Assembly (NCBI GenBank): GCA_012295275.1
Contig: CM022676.1
Span: 15,376,001-15,440,000 of the forward strand
Source: Chrysomallon squamiferum
Lineage: Eukaryota > Animalia > Mollusca
DNA length: 64,000 bases
Direction of reading: 5' to 3'
Below, piece by piece: positions 37,506 through 56,779 of the stretch (position 1 is its first letter; the number at the start of each line of letters is the position of its first letter). Both the position numbers and the translations under genes were made by a program. The notes under the pieces were generated by a model that had not been told where the DNA came from, did no database searches, and saw only the letters and a program-made list of their open reading frames with translations.

Positions 37506-38450
37506 GTATACAGTAGAGGATGTGCCGATTGCTGCTGATGGTTTCATGTAAAAAATAATACTCAGTCAGGTCATGGGGATAGATCGACACTGGGAAAGGG
37601 TAACTCATAGATTTCCACTTCAATGACTTGTGATGAAAAACGGGAGGTTGGATCTCAGGCAATATTGAATTACTGAGATACTGGAGGTAGCCTATCACTT
37701 ATAACCAAGAAATATCTAGTCGGGGTTGATACTTCTGAATCTGGGCATAGCCAGTTACAGGGGAAGTATAATGGTCAGATTGTAAACAGATGTTCGAGGT
37801 TTGTAACTGGTCCAGTAGTTATGGGCATAGTCAGACAGCTAAATGTAACTGGATATATGTGTTGTAAGGAATGATTTAATCAATCAATGTTGCCAACCAA
37901 GGCAGGCTTTTGAACTAACTGAAGTAAAAAACAAACATCATAACTACTCCCGAACTAATATTAAATCTCAGTTTGAGAAAAAGCCTGAACGTCGTCAGTT
38001 TAAACCAGGGGATAATGTGGTACTGTACCTTCCCATTAAAGGGGGTTCCTCGCAAAACAGGTACTTCGGATATTATGTTTTGCATAAAAGCGTTAGTGAT
38101 ACTAGGCATGTGATAAATATTCCAAACAGATATAGAACACGTAAGTATTGCCACATCAACTTATTAAAAGGTTATGCAGACAGACTGTAAGTGTTAACTG
38201 TGCAAGTGAGTACTCACCACAGCGCCTGTGACGAATGTACGACTGAGTTACTCAACAGCGATATTCTGAATAACTGGAACCATTACGTCTGTCACCTTGA
38301 CCGTCCGCTGCAGGAGGATCACATACTTCCCGACAAGCTATTCTGGAATAGCAAGTGTTGGTCTCTACCAACCACAACGGAAAGTCAAATGTTATTGCGG
38401 ACACTCTCTCAAGAAGCTGATCTAGAGTTGTATCGTGTATTACATGTTTA
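36111..38450 (+). mobile_element. Degenerate Gypsy/Ty3 LTR retrotransposon, Gmr1-like
   Basis: PBS-like taggggtcttcgtccggat (~36530); gag FNISEGHRSVPIFEDGQIDTFFQLFERI..W...KW...GKA (37044-37259) and YELRPEAYR (~37320); protease DTGGSLS (~37678); integrase C-terminus RQFKPGDNVVLYLPIKG (~37993) and CHINLLKGY (~38149); then LNSDILNN..HL. Many stops and deletions; ends approximate. Confidence 0.75.
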
Positions 38451-38514
38451 GTACACATACATCCGTCAGTGAGTATCCCAAAATAACTCATCAATATTGC
38501 TTACGTAATTCTTC

Positions 38515-38559
<45 letters not shown>

Positions 38560-38707
38560 TTACATCAGAAGTCGTTCATAATTTATTTACTATCTTAGAA
38601 TACACTTGTTATTTGTAGTGATAAAATGCGTTTCATTGTTTTTCACAATGATTTAAAATTATAGTTTATAATATTTGGTCTAACTTTTTCCAATCTTTAT
38701 TTCTCAG

Positions 38708-38857
38708 AATCATTATTCATCGACTTGAAGTTCTGTGAACTGCTCGTTTTATTACGCTTAGTGACATTGTAGTGTGACATGTAGCATTCTCAAATTCAGA
38801 CCATTGTTTAGTGGAACTCTGTTAAACACGAATGATACATTACAGAAAAAAGTTAAG
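38708..38857 (+). pseudogene. Dead duplicate of the leader exon
   Basis: ctcAG|aatcat...ELLVLLRLVTL*...VTCSILKFRPLFSGTLLNTNDTLQKKVK aligns to 26916-27204. The donor GTGAAT has become ATGAAT at 38858. Confidence 0.65.
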
Positions 38858-39458
38858 ATGAATGACCAGAGTTCTGCTTCTCATCCACAGTAGCGTTGAC
38901 ACCAGCATTACGTGCTGTTTGGTCTGTTATCACAAAATCAGTTTCTTCACATAAGCTTTTGAAAGGGATTCCAGTAGCAGCTTCTAACACGTATTAAAGT
39001 TTCTATCTTTAAACTTATTATTACAATTTTCGATTAGAACTATTGCCACAAAACGCCTGTATATCAGAACTTATTATTTATTTAACATTTTCATTTATTA
39101 ATGCCAAAAAAATGAGTTGAATTATCTCATACTATTAACCATAAAGATTGTGAAACAAGGAGAATATTACTGGAAAGTTAAAATGTTATAAGTCTGCGCA
39201 CTGGTGTGTCAGTATATATTACAAATTATCAGTACATTAATATTAGAAATATTGGTGGCATTTATGGCAATACTAGAGATAGAGCGATACCTTTATAATA
39301 CTGAAGTTTACCTGTATTACCGAATATCTGCTACACGATTTTCTTTACAGGGGAAAACATGATATGTGAGTATATAGAAGTTTATTTATTGTTGTTTTTT
39401 ATTAAACAAATCATACTATTCTTTGTCACAGATCATATATAACTTGCTATTATTTCAG

Positions 39459-39603
39459 TACCAGTACGATTAGTCAATGGAAGAGGAAAATCAACACAAG
39501 GTAGAGTTGAGATTCAAGTAAACGGGACGTGGGGAACAATTTCTAGAAGTAGTTTTGACACAAAAGATGCTGGTGTCCTCTGTTCAATGATGGGATTTAG
39601 TCG
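39459..39603 (+). CDS. SRCR domain 4, exon a (paralogue of SRCR1a; first Cys replaced by Ser)
   Basis: ttcAG|..PVRLVNGRGKSTQGRVEIQVNGTWGTISRSSFDTKDAGVLCSMMGFSR|GTaaat; 145 nt. Confidence 0.93.
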
Positions 39604-39680
39604 GTAAATGGAAGCAATCATTTTGTGCAATATTCCTTTTTACCAACGTATTATTGACTTCTACTACTACTACTACTACA

Positions 39681-39727
<47 letters not shown>

Positions 39728-39800
39728 ATATACTAATACTAATACTACGATATTAATCTGCCACGATCTGTGTCGCAGGTGTGTATTATTATATAACTGT

Positions 39801-39882
39801 TGATATTTCTGATAATCTAATGAACGTTTTGAAACAAGAGATGCTGCTGTTCTCTGTTAAGTGATGACATTTTGTGTCCGAG
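39801..39882 (+). pseudogene. Degenerate fragment of an SRCR exon a (3' half)
   Basis: ttttgaaacaagagatgctgctgttctctgttaagtgatg = FETRDAAVLC*VM, matching FDTKDAGVLCSMM of the exon about 270 bp upstream. Confidence 0.6.
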
Positions 39883-40533
39883 TTGGATGTTACTATGTAA
39901 GTGTTGACATTTTTCTATCAACTTACATTTTGATTTAAGATAATGACTCGTTTCTAATGTAAATTCTCCTCTTTGAATAATACAGTTATCACACATTCAA
40001 ACTGCTTCATATTTGCAGATTTGTGTAGCATCAAAACTAGCTTATTCTTTATTACTTTATTATTTTGTGCCTCCGATTCTTCTGTAAACAATAATGGAAT
40101 AAACAGTTTTGATTACGTAACTGAATGGCTGATGGACTGGCTTCATGATACTTACACAGTTAGCTTTAAAAACCTGAGGATTTTTGTCTTCTATTTTTTT
40201 CTTCTTTTTTTGTACTTTTTGTTTTAATGACTATAAAAGAGGAAACAGTTTCAGCAATTCTATATGTTGCTTCAGGCGAAATCAAACTGAAAACAAAAAG
40301 TGCTCACGGACTTGAATACCTATTTCTTTTCTCATTATTTTTTACTGAAATATACACCAGTCCAATACAAATAACATAATAAAATGTATTCCACCATTCT
40401 TCTTTCTCTAACAAAGACTCGGTTTATTATAGCTTGATTCTAAAATATAAACTATAAAAATTTAATTTTGTTAAAATGTTTACTTTAACTTATGATCAGC
40501 GATTTAGTATGATTTATTTGATATATACTTCAG

Positions 40534-40709
40534 TGATGGGGCAATTAGTTTTACAAAGTATCCACCATACTTTGGAGAAGGTACAGGCCCAGTATGGATG
40601 AGTGAACTTCAGTGTGAAGGAAATGAAACATCTGTTGAAGAGTGTAGTTTTCCAGGTTGGAGAAACAAATACTATAGTCACAGATACGATGTTGGGATAC
40701 GTTGTCAAG
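40534..40709 (+). CDS. SRCR domain 4, exon b (paralogue of SRCR1b; fifth Cys replaced by Tyr)
   Basis: ttcAG|..DGAISFTKYPPYFGEGTGPVWMSELQCEGNETSVEECSFPGWRNKYYSHRYDVGIRCQ|GTtcgt; 176 nt. Confidence 0.93.
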
Positions 40710-41144
40710 GTTCGTTACAGAACACTGTAAGATTTGCTGTGTTTGTGTTTCTTTGCGTCAGTATACAAAATATGAATGAGAGGATACAGTATCGAAACGA
40801 ATTAGAAATGTATGAATACTTTGTTAATAACGAGTTTTAAAAACACATTATACAGCCGATTTATATTTTCTGATATATTATGTTCATGGTAGATTATATT
40901 TTGTCTTTGTAAACGTTCTAAAATTATTGAGAGAATCAATTTCATTACGATTTATATTAACTAAGTTTCAATGTTTAATTTCGCAACTGAATTCGATGTT
41001 AAATTACCGATATAATGTGAAAATCCACAACAAATTGTTAATTCGATTATCATAGTTCAATACACGACAACAACAACAACAACAATGATAATAATAATAA
41101 TAATAATAATAATAATTATAATAATTATAATAATAATAATAATA

Positions 41145-41191
<47 letters not shown>

Positions 41192-41405
41192 TATAATAAT
41201 TATAATAATAATAGTAATAATAATAATAATAATCAAGTTTGTAAGTTTTAAGACAGACAAGAAAGAAAAGATAAAGATATTACAAAAACAGAAGAAATGA
41301 AAATGCATACATAAGTAAAGAACGGCAGATCAGCACATACGTTTTCTTTATCATTGTATTTTTTAACCATAATTATTATTATTAAAATTGTTGTTGTTGT
41401 TGTTG

Positions 41406-41445
<40 letters not shown>

Positions 41446-41548
41446 GTGTATGTTTGCCAATAATACGTTTTTGTTTAAAGTTTCACTGCATATTTCAAAT
41501 AAATCTGTTTTGTTTAACTTTACCCTGTATATTTTCGAGCAGATCGTA

Positions 41549-41625
<77 letters not shown>

Positions 41626-41763
41626 GTTGTTGTTGTTGTAGTAGTAGTTTTTTTTTTTTTTTTTTTTATTATTATTATTATTATTTTTTTGTAAAATGGT
41701 CGACAAAAGGAGAACAAAAATTACTGGGGTGCGTATAATCAAATGACTTATTCTTTATGTTAG

Positions 41764-41908
41764 TGTCTATCAGACTAGTCAACGGTGGAGGTATTCCAAC
41801 ACAAGGTCGAGTTGAGATCAAACTTAACGATAGATGGGGAACTGTCTGTGGTGACAAATTTGACGAAAAAGACGCAGACTTTATCTGTACACTTTTAGGA
41901 TTCAGTCA
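41764..41908 (+). CDS. SRCR domain 5, exon a (paralogue of SRCR2a)
   Basis: gttAG|..[48 protein letters not shown]|GTaaga; 145 nt. Confidence 0.95.
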
Positions 41909-42076
41909 GTAAGAATATTTTACCTTCAGTTAAACTCTTTAATTTGTAAACAATGATAAAATATCATCACATTTCTATTTGCATAACACAATATAAAGCA
42001 AAGTCAGAACTACCTCGTAGAACAATATTTGTATTCATGAAGATCAGACAACTCAATTTGTGTTTTTAAATCCTAG

Positions 42077-42252
42077 ATTCAACGGAAAGGCGTATAAGAA
42101 TGCTCACTTTGGAGAAGGAACAGGACCAGTGTGGGTTGATGATGTTAACTGTGCTAAAGATGCAAATGGAGTGAATCACTGTTCTTTCTATGACTGGGGT
42201 AAAAAGAACTGTAGTCATAAACAGGATTTGGGAATCAGCTGCTTGCCACAGG
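42077..42252 (+). CDS. SRCR domain 5, exon b (paralogue of SRCR2b)
   Basis: cctAG|..FNGKAYKNAHFGEGTGPVWVDDVNCAKDANGVNHCSFYDWGKKNCSHKQDLGISCLPQ|GTatgt; 176 nt. Confidence 0.95.
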
Positions 42253-42444
42253 GTATGTTATTTTTCTAAAGTGTGTTTTTTATTTCAATCATAAACCATA
42301 TTGTATTATTCTAAATAATTATTAAATTAAAAAGAAAACAATAAGGAAGACAAATATAATGCAAAACGAAAGAACCACTTTATGTGAAAAGTATCGGCTA
42401 TATCTTTGATATTCTTCGATGTATAAAATAACGCCAGATGATAA

Positions 42445-48730
<6,286 letters not shown>

Positions 48731-49001
48731 TGTAAAGAAAGAACAAAAAAAAAAAAAAATTCGTCTGAAAAACAGAAAAACACCCCAAACAAAAAGTTGT
48801 CATTTGGAAAGAGTTCAATGACTATAAAACAGTTTTAAGAGATTATACTTATATGACTATTTACTATTATTTTTGCTGTTGTTGTTGTAGTTCTTAGTGC
48901 TGATATCAAATTAATTCAAGAACAAAAATTAATTTGAATTTGTTTTTACAACAATAATGGTTTTAAAGGATTATAATTTATGAATATCTGTATGATTATT
49001 A

Positions 49002-49078
<77 letters not shown>

Positions 49079-49106
49079 GTTGTTATTATTTTTACTATTA
49101 TTATTA

Positions 49107-49144
<38 letters not shown>

Positions 49145-49991
49145 CTTATTATTATTCTTTCCCTTTATTTGTTGTAAATATAAAATCATCGAAACCAAAA
49201 AGTACGAAACGGAATATTTCCCTCGCGAAATATTATAAAATATTTAAGGTTCTCATCAGTCCATGTTTCACAAGTATACGTCATTATTATGTGTTTAGCA
49301 TGAACAAACAGTCTCTACATTTTAACATATTTAATCTCTGAGTGTCCAGTCTTCTTTTAACTGTCAAACAGTCAAATCTAGATATTATCCTACAACGTCC
49401 GGTTAAAACATTACTTTTATTATTTGTTTAGACTGCGAGAAACAATTGATAAAATTAATAAAAAATATTATATCTGTGTATTTGTCTGTTTAGAATAATC
49501 CTACAATGTGCTCAGCTGGATTCAGTTAGCTGTGCAGTTACAAATTCCAACTTAGTATATGTTACATTTTACGTATATGCAGATAGAAATCAGATTAAAA
49601 AAATAAAGAAGATGCGTTTTTCAAAGACTAATATATTCAATTTAAAAACAAGAAGTATCCATCGTCCTTATTTGTAAATAGATTTACTTATTATACATAC
49701 AGTGGTTTAAGGTTTTCATTGTTTATTTCAGTATAAAATACATTACACATTCTCGATTTCTGCATTCCTCAAACAAAATTTGGCGATATAATTAGGCCCA
49801 CATCAACCGGTTCAATTTCTCAGGAACAGTAGATGTTACTCGGTTTACATACTAGTTAGACGTGTTCAAATAAAGTATAATCATCAATGAACGCAATTAA
49901 TAACGTAAACTCAAAGAGAAATCATTAAGTAATGTTCTTTAATGAAGAAAACAAATAAAATAATAATAATAAAATAAAATACAGAGAAGTA

Positions 49992-50024
<33 letters not shown>

Positions 50025-50329
50025 GTTTTGAATAGCTATAAACATCAAGTCCTTATCGGAGAACGCAGAATGTCGACAAAATTATCATTTAAACACACGA
50101 AGTCACGCCCATAATTACGAGAGAAAAAAGACAATAACCATAAGTCATGACTTCATAACGAAATTCAAGAGATACAATGTAGAATTATCCGATTTTAGTA
50201 GTTATTGATTCATGTATTTGTTTAGTTAAAACAATATATGCACCCTGTTAATGTACCTTTGCATGGGAGATAAATTTTTGTGTAAATGATCGTTATAAAC
50301 TGACAGATTATCATAACAAAATTGATATA

Positions 50330-52106
50330 GACTAATTTTATTTAATTTTTCATGTTTTTCTTCTTGTTTTGCAAGATTGCTCTGTTAAAACATTACAGCT
50401 TACCTAGAGATATTTTTTTTTTCGAAATAGTTTGGTTTACTGGTTTTTGTTTTGTGATGAAATTGCTGTGGCCAGTATATCAAATTAACTGTGTGTGTTT
50501 GCTATGTATCTCAGATAAAAATAGCGTGCCACTGAAACACGATACTCACAAAGACGTACTCGGTTGTTATTTACGAAGATAAAACCTGTTACTGCAGGTT
50601 AGAGTAAGACAGACTGCTCTATGTGACAGCGTGTATGTATGTATGTGTGTGTGTATATTTGTTTTTGTGTATGTATGCATATGTATATCTCTGTTTCTTT
50701 GTACGTATATCAACATTTATGACAGAAAAGACCACGGTTTCAGGATTCAGAAGAGTTTGATCTCATTGCAACTGCCCTGGTTGCTAGAGGTGTATTCCAG
50801 AAACTAGGCGCTGTGTAAGAGATTGACAGTGTCCAAATATATTTGACTTACACAGCAAAGAGACCATGGATTTATGCAGCTTGATGGGTAATGATAAATA
50901 TGTGTATGAAGGACGTTACACAAAAAAGACATGCGAAAAACGAACTAACCTTATTTCCAAATTGTCAGAAATAATTAGAGTTACAAACACAACCAGTTAT
51001 AATTTAGACTGGAAACAAAGTATTAGTAAAATACTGTTACATAATTGTGTGTGACTCATGTTACAATTAATCCGCTGTCATAAAATAAACAGTATATGGT
51101 GAGCAACTGTGATGATAAAAGTATTTCAATTCAAGACCAAGATGATGATGCGGATTTGATGTCTAAACTAAACATTTACAAACTTTCAAAATGAGTCGGA
51201 AGTGACCAAGGATTTGTTAGTAAATAATTATTATTTCCCTAGCTTCGTAATTCCCATTATAAATAAACTTAACATCACTAGGAAAGAGTTCATTATCACA
51301 CTGTTCAGCTCAGAATTTGTTAATTTTATTTCTTCGATATAGTCTAGGGAACGAACAAAGATGATATTCCTAAGAATTTAGGGTAAAATGTTGAAAGACA
51401 AATAAAGATTGTTACCGCAAAGATGATGAACGGGAATTCCGAAGTCACACAGCTCCTGCATAAGTTTTATTTGTAGCAGTGAAACCAAAAGCTTTACCAC
51501 TGATGGAACATCTACCTGAAATATATCACCTTGTGAAAACAAGATAGGAAATTGTGTCTTAAAAAAGGAAAAGTTCACAACTATACAGTTGAGATGAAGA
51601 ATGTTTTAGATTTCTAGATATATTTCGTATCCATTCATAATTATTATAATCATTTAGCAATATATATTGTGTTTATAACTGAACAAATATGATTATAAAC
51701 AAACAATTCATTAATTGTTTGATGCTTACTGCATGTTGATAACAGCTTCAGAATGCGCCTCTATTGACAAATCACTAATAACATGATTCTTTGATAGTTA
51801 CAAAGTAATTATTTCTATACACTTTCTATCTGACTTTGAACCCTGGAAAGTGTCACTTGTGAACCCAAGAATCGTGACTTGTAACATATATGACTTCATT
51901 CACGTTTTCATGAGCAGACGATGTTTTTGTTAACGAGATTATTACACTGAAAAAAAAAAGAAAAAAAAAAAGTTGTCATTTGGAAAAAGTTCAACGAAAA
52001 TAGAAGAGTTTTAAGAAATTATAATTATATGACACTACTATTATTATTGTTGTTATTATTATCATTATTATTATTATGAATATTATTGTTATGAATATTA
52101 TTATTA

Positions 52107-52169
<63 letters not shown>

Positions 52170-53065
52170 TTTTTGACGTTCACGGTAAACAAAGAGAAAC
52201 CTAAGAGCAACGATTTGCTATTTAATTTTCTGAAATATGTTTTTACCTCCGTCACTGCTCACAATTTCAATTTCGTATGAATGTGCTTCACACAATTTTC
52301 ATAGCGCATGTTTCACTGGTTTGTTGATAAACGTTGTTCAGTCCTGTGTAATAGTAACTGAGAAAGAGGAAGAAGATCAAGAAGTTAACTTTCAAAAATT
52401 TAAAGGTATCTGATTATCTGTATTGTTGTTGTTGTTGTTGTTATTATTTGTATTAGTGCTAGTAGTAGTAGTAGTAGCAACTAGTAGTAGTAATTGTAGT
52501 AGTAGTAGTAGTTGTTTTATTGTTGTTATGGTTGTTGCTGCTGTCTTTATCAGTATCATTGTTATTGAGCAGATACTATTATTTATCTTCTCACGAATGT
52601 TAATAAAAGTTAATCATTTCTATCTTTTACTATTTTTTTCCACACTTTTGAGCAGACTTTGCCAGGTCGTCGTAAATAACACCCGAGACTAAGTTTGTTC
52701 TCGTGTGACACACTATTTTTTAATCTGACATACATAACAAAACAAACACAGACTGGCTATACTGCTACTGCGAATATCACTTGAGCACCATTAATCTGTA
52801 CATGGAAATATCTGAAAAACGAAATGAACACTTTGAAGCTAGCGTTACGTATTTTATAACGTTCTGACAAAACAATAACGAAAGTACTAAGCTGCAAACT
52901 AATTAACATTAATCTAGAACAGTGATATGCAAAAGTGAGATCGAAGGACGTTCAGGCATGGGTCAGGTTAGGACACCTAACAAATAACCGTGCAGAAATT
53001 ATTTACTTTCCTTATTTTGTGTATTTATTGTTTTTGATTAACCAGATCTACCGCTGACGTCATAG
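50330..53065. repeat. Segmental duplication unit Y, copy 3 (intronic)
   Basis: Collinear with 570-4680 and 14930-19310. Confidence 0.85.
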
Positions 53066-53405
53066 TGTTAAAATCTTTCCCAGAAAACTTTCCCACAATG
53101 CCATCTACTCGATCATAAGAGGCTAAGACATTTGTCCTCCTAGCTCGCTGAACAAAATGAGAAGACATTTCCAACTACATGGACGAACTTGGGATGGAAA
53201 TCATAAACATTCCTTTTATTAGAGAGTTTAACTCTGGCTATGATTGTATATTTATCTTAGGTGTAATAGATTATTTTAAATTGTTTCAAATCTGACCAAA
53301 CCTTGCTAACGCCTTTTTCTTTTACATTTATTTTCGTGTGTCTGTGTCAGCCTGCGGGTGTGTATGTATGTGTGAGTGTGTGTATATATATATATATATA
53401 TTTTA

Positions 53406-53468
<63 letters not shown>

Positions 53469-54129
53469 TTTTTTTACCTTTGTAAATGGGGAGAAATAAA
53501 TTAAAAGAAAGTCAAATAAAATATATAAATAAAACAACATATAAATAAATAAATATAATATTAAAAGTGATAATTACAAATTACCAATGATCACCTAAAA
53601 ACTATAACACATGAGCATATTTCAAATATTAGTAATTATGTTAAATAATGAAAGTTTGTTTTAAACGACTATGAGTGCTTGTTTTCCGATTATACAGAAT
53701 CATCAGTACCTTTAATTCGAAACGAACCAGTTTCCATACGAAAATAATCAGAACAAAATTATAATTCTCATCAGTCCCGATTTTATTCACTTAGAAAAGG
53801 CCCTTCCTAAATGTGTTACACAAGTGCATAAGACTATTAGGTGTTTAGCATAGACGAACAATCCGTACATTTTAATATACTTAATGTCTGGCTACACTTT
53901 ACTTAATTGTCAACCATCGGAGAGTTGGATTAACTTAGCTATTATTTATTTAGACTGATAAAAACAATCGATTATTTATCTCTTAGTTAATAGTCTATGC
54001 TTAACATGTTACAGTGTATGGTTTATTCATCTTTGTCTGATCCTGTTCAACACAATAATTGTCAAATATGTACACTATTACAATGACAAAAATAGACTGT
54101 TATTATTATCATTATTGTTGTTGTTGTTG

Positions 54130-54406
54130 TTATCATTATTATTATTATTGTTATTGTCGTTGTTGCCGTTGTTGTTGCAATTATGGAAAACAGGTAACAG
54201 ATTAACCAGTTTAAAGATATTTGGCCATTTCCTACCTGTTGATAGCAAATAGGTTTTCTTCATCAACATCGTTGTAGGAGACATTATGTGGCATGGTCTA
54301 TGATGGTTTATCTTGTCCCAGGTAAGAAAACAACGGCCCACAAGCTGGAGTCCTATAGCTCATCATCTCAAAGAGGGAGACTAGCTAGAAACAATATACA
54401 ATTAAA

Positions 54407-54437
<31 letters not shown>

Positions 54438-54790
54438 ATCTGTATATATTTTTTTATTCCTGTCATAAATTTCATCTCAGATGAACATGCTGTAATAAAC
54501 AAAGGGGTGATCTACATTTTCAACACAATGACCTTTCTGCTTAGACTTGTCAAACGCATATTGTGTACTGACTCAATCCCCTTGGTGTCAGTGCAGTTTC
54601 AGAGTACCAGACTAGTGCTGAATCTTATTGAAGATTTTACCCGGCATAATTAACACTGAAATGTATGACTCCATTCTACCTATTGGTAGTTTTCGCACTA
54701 ATTTTAGGAAGGACACTTGAATTCAAATCTGCCTCAACTAAGCTGGTTTGTTCCTCTTCAGGGTTAATAAATACACATGACAAAGTTTGT
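54130..54790. repeat. Duplicate of 56520-57050; the two copies flank the Ig exons
   Basis: Shared aaacaggtaacagat...ggccatttccta...cagctcatcatctcaaa...caacacaatgacctt...cagtgcagtttcagagt. Confidence 0.8.
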
Positions 54791-55495
54791 CTGGGAGATT
54801 TACCAATTGTAGTGGTACTAGTGTTGTTGCTAGTACTTGTAGCAGTAGATGTAGTGGTGGTAGAACAGGTAGTAGTAATAGTAGCCGTTGTCGTGGTAGT
54901 AGTTATAGTTTCAGCAGTAGAAGCTAGCAGTAAAATAACTTATATACAATGCATAAAGTTAACAAGAGTACTGGGGCCAACTTGTTAAATGAGCTTAATT
55001 TTTTGCATAGGTGTAAGTTTATCTGTATGTTCACAATAACATTAATATTATTAAAAACTTAGTAAATTTTTAAAAAGTAATAATTTGCACTGATATAGTA
55101 GTAATTGAAGAAGTAGTAACAATAATAGTAATAGTTGTAGTGGTACTAGTAGTAGTACCATTAGAGGTAGTGGTGATAGTGAAGGTAGTAGTAGTAGTAG
55201 TTGTCGTAGCAGTAGTAGTTATAGTTTCAGCAGTAGACGCTAGCAGATAAATAACAGATATGTTAACAAGAGTGTTGAGTGTTACAGTACTTGTATTAGT
55301 GGTAGTAGTAATTTATTATCAGTTGTAAAAGTAGTTGTAAAAATACCAGGATCATTATCAATCAAATTAAACTATACATTACTCATAACAAAAACTATAA
55401 TGACTAAATCAAATATGATGATTTTTATTAGAACAAAGTTAGCTGATTTAATTAATCAATTAACTGCAAACAAAACGTAATGTCTCTTGTTGCAG

Positions 55496-55846
55496 TTCTA
55501 GGAGTAAAGTTTGAATTGCTGAACGTGAAACCTGTACTAAAAGGTGAAATGATGTTTATATGTCGTATGTTCGAATCACAAAATCTGACTTCTGATATAA
55601 AGTTTGTACCTAAAACACAAACTGATAACACTACAGTGTGTGACTGTGTACAGAGAGGAGACACGTGTAACTGTCACATTACACAAAGTTACATTTGTAC
55701 ATTTGCAGCACAGACAAACAATTCTAACAGCGAGTACAAAGACTACACAGTTTACAAGTATCAAACACCTGAAAATGACACTGGAGTCTGGTTTTGTGGA
55801 TCTGATCAACTTGAAGTGTGGAGTGAACCAGAAGTTGGTGTAATAT
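55496..55846 (+). CDS. Ig-like domain 1 with a Cys-rich central insert
   Basis: tgcAG|..LGVKFELLNVKPVLKGEMMFICRM...VCDCVQRGDTCNCHITQSYICTF...YTVYKYQTPENDTGVWFCGS...GVI|GTgaga. B-strand Cys and D-x-G-x-W-x-C F-strand motif; 351 nt, phase 1-1. An alternative phase 0 donor exists at 55840. Confidence 0.8.
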
Positions 55847-56075
55847 GTGAGATAGTATTTATCATTACTGTAACACATACACACATACACAAAATACGTT
55901 TTGAGGAATGAATTCATAAACTGAATAATAGTACCTTACAATTATAAAAGACCATATATACGTAGTACGAACACTTAGTAATTTTGTTGTTCCTGTTGTT
56001 GTTGTTGTTCTTCTTCTTCTTCATCTTCATCTTCATCTTCTTCTTCTTCTTCTTCTTCTTCTTCTTCTTCTTCTT

Positions 56076-56106
<31 letters not shown>

Positions 56107-56135
56107 TTATTATTATTATTATTATTATATTTCAG

Positions 56136-56468
56136 CTACAAATCCTGGTTTACCAGTGTATTCCTGGACGGCTGTCATCAATCAAACTTTCACATTTGTT
56201 TCTTCTGTTATTGGAAATATTTATTAGAAACATATCACATTTAAACGAGGTAATGAGAAGATTTGTAGATGTAGATATAAAACAAGAACATGTGAAACAA
56301 ACACAAAGTTGAGAGATAACTACAGATGTAAGTTTGTACAAAGAAGAAAGAAAACTGTATTGGGAGGTACAACTTACAGTTTAACTGTATCTTCATTTTC
56401 TGTCATCGACTTGACGTCATGGACGTGCAGGTCTAACAAATATGAGAGTAACATCGTTACACCAATCT
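56136..56468 (+). pseudogene. Ig-like domain 2 exon with in-frame TAG (56225-56227) and Ser at the expected B-strand Cys
   Basis: ttcAG|..TNPGLPVYSWTAVINQTFTFVSSVIGNIY*KHITFKRGNEKICRCRYKTRTCETNTKLRDNYRCKF...YSLTVSSFSVIDLTSWTCRSNKYESNIVTPI|GTaagt; 333 nt, phase 1-1. Confidence 0.75.
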
Positions 56469-56469
56469 G

Positions 56470-56505
<36 letters not shown>

Positions 56506-56779
56506 GTAGTAGTAGTAGTAGTAGTAGTAGTATTGTCATTGTTGCTGTTATGGGAAACAGGTAACAGATGAATCATTTTAAATAGATTTGGCCATTTCCT
56601 AGCTGTTGATAGAAAACAGGTTTTCTTCATCACCATCCTACAGCTCATCATCTCAAACAGGGAAACTAGCTAGAAACAATATACAATTATTAGTATTATT
56701 CTTTTTTAAATTATTCTTTTTTAAATTCCTCTCATACATTCCACTTGAGGTGCTCATGCTGTAATGAAAATCGGGTGAA

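Noticed and set aside
50740-51100. TGA codons at Cys-like positions in the decayed cassette, suggesting selenocysteine or recoding
   Set aside because: TAG stops and frameshifts also occur, TGA is one step from TGT/TGC, no SECIS was recognised, and the main gene ends at TGA.
55576-55917. Minus-strand ORFs overlapping the Ig1, FN3 and SRCR exons
   Set aside because: Antisense shadows of real + strand exons, without motifs of their own.
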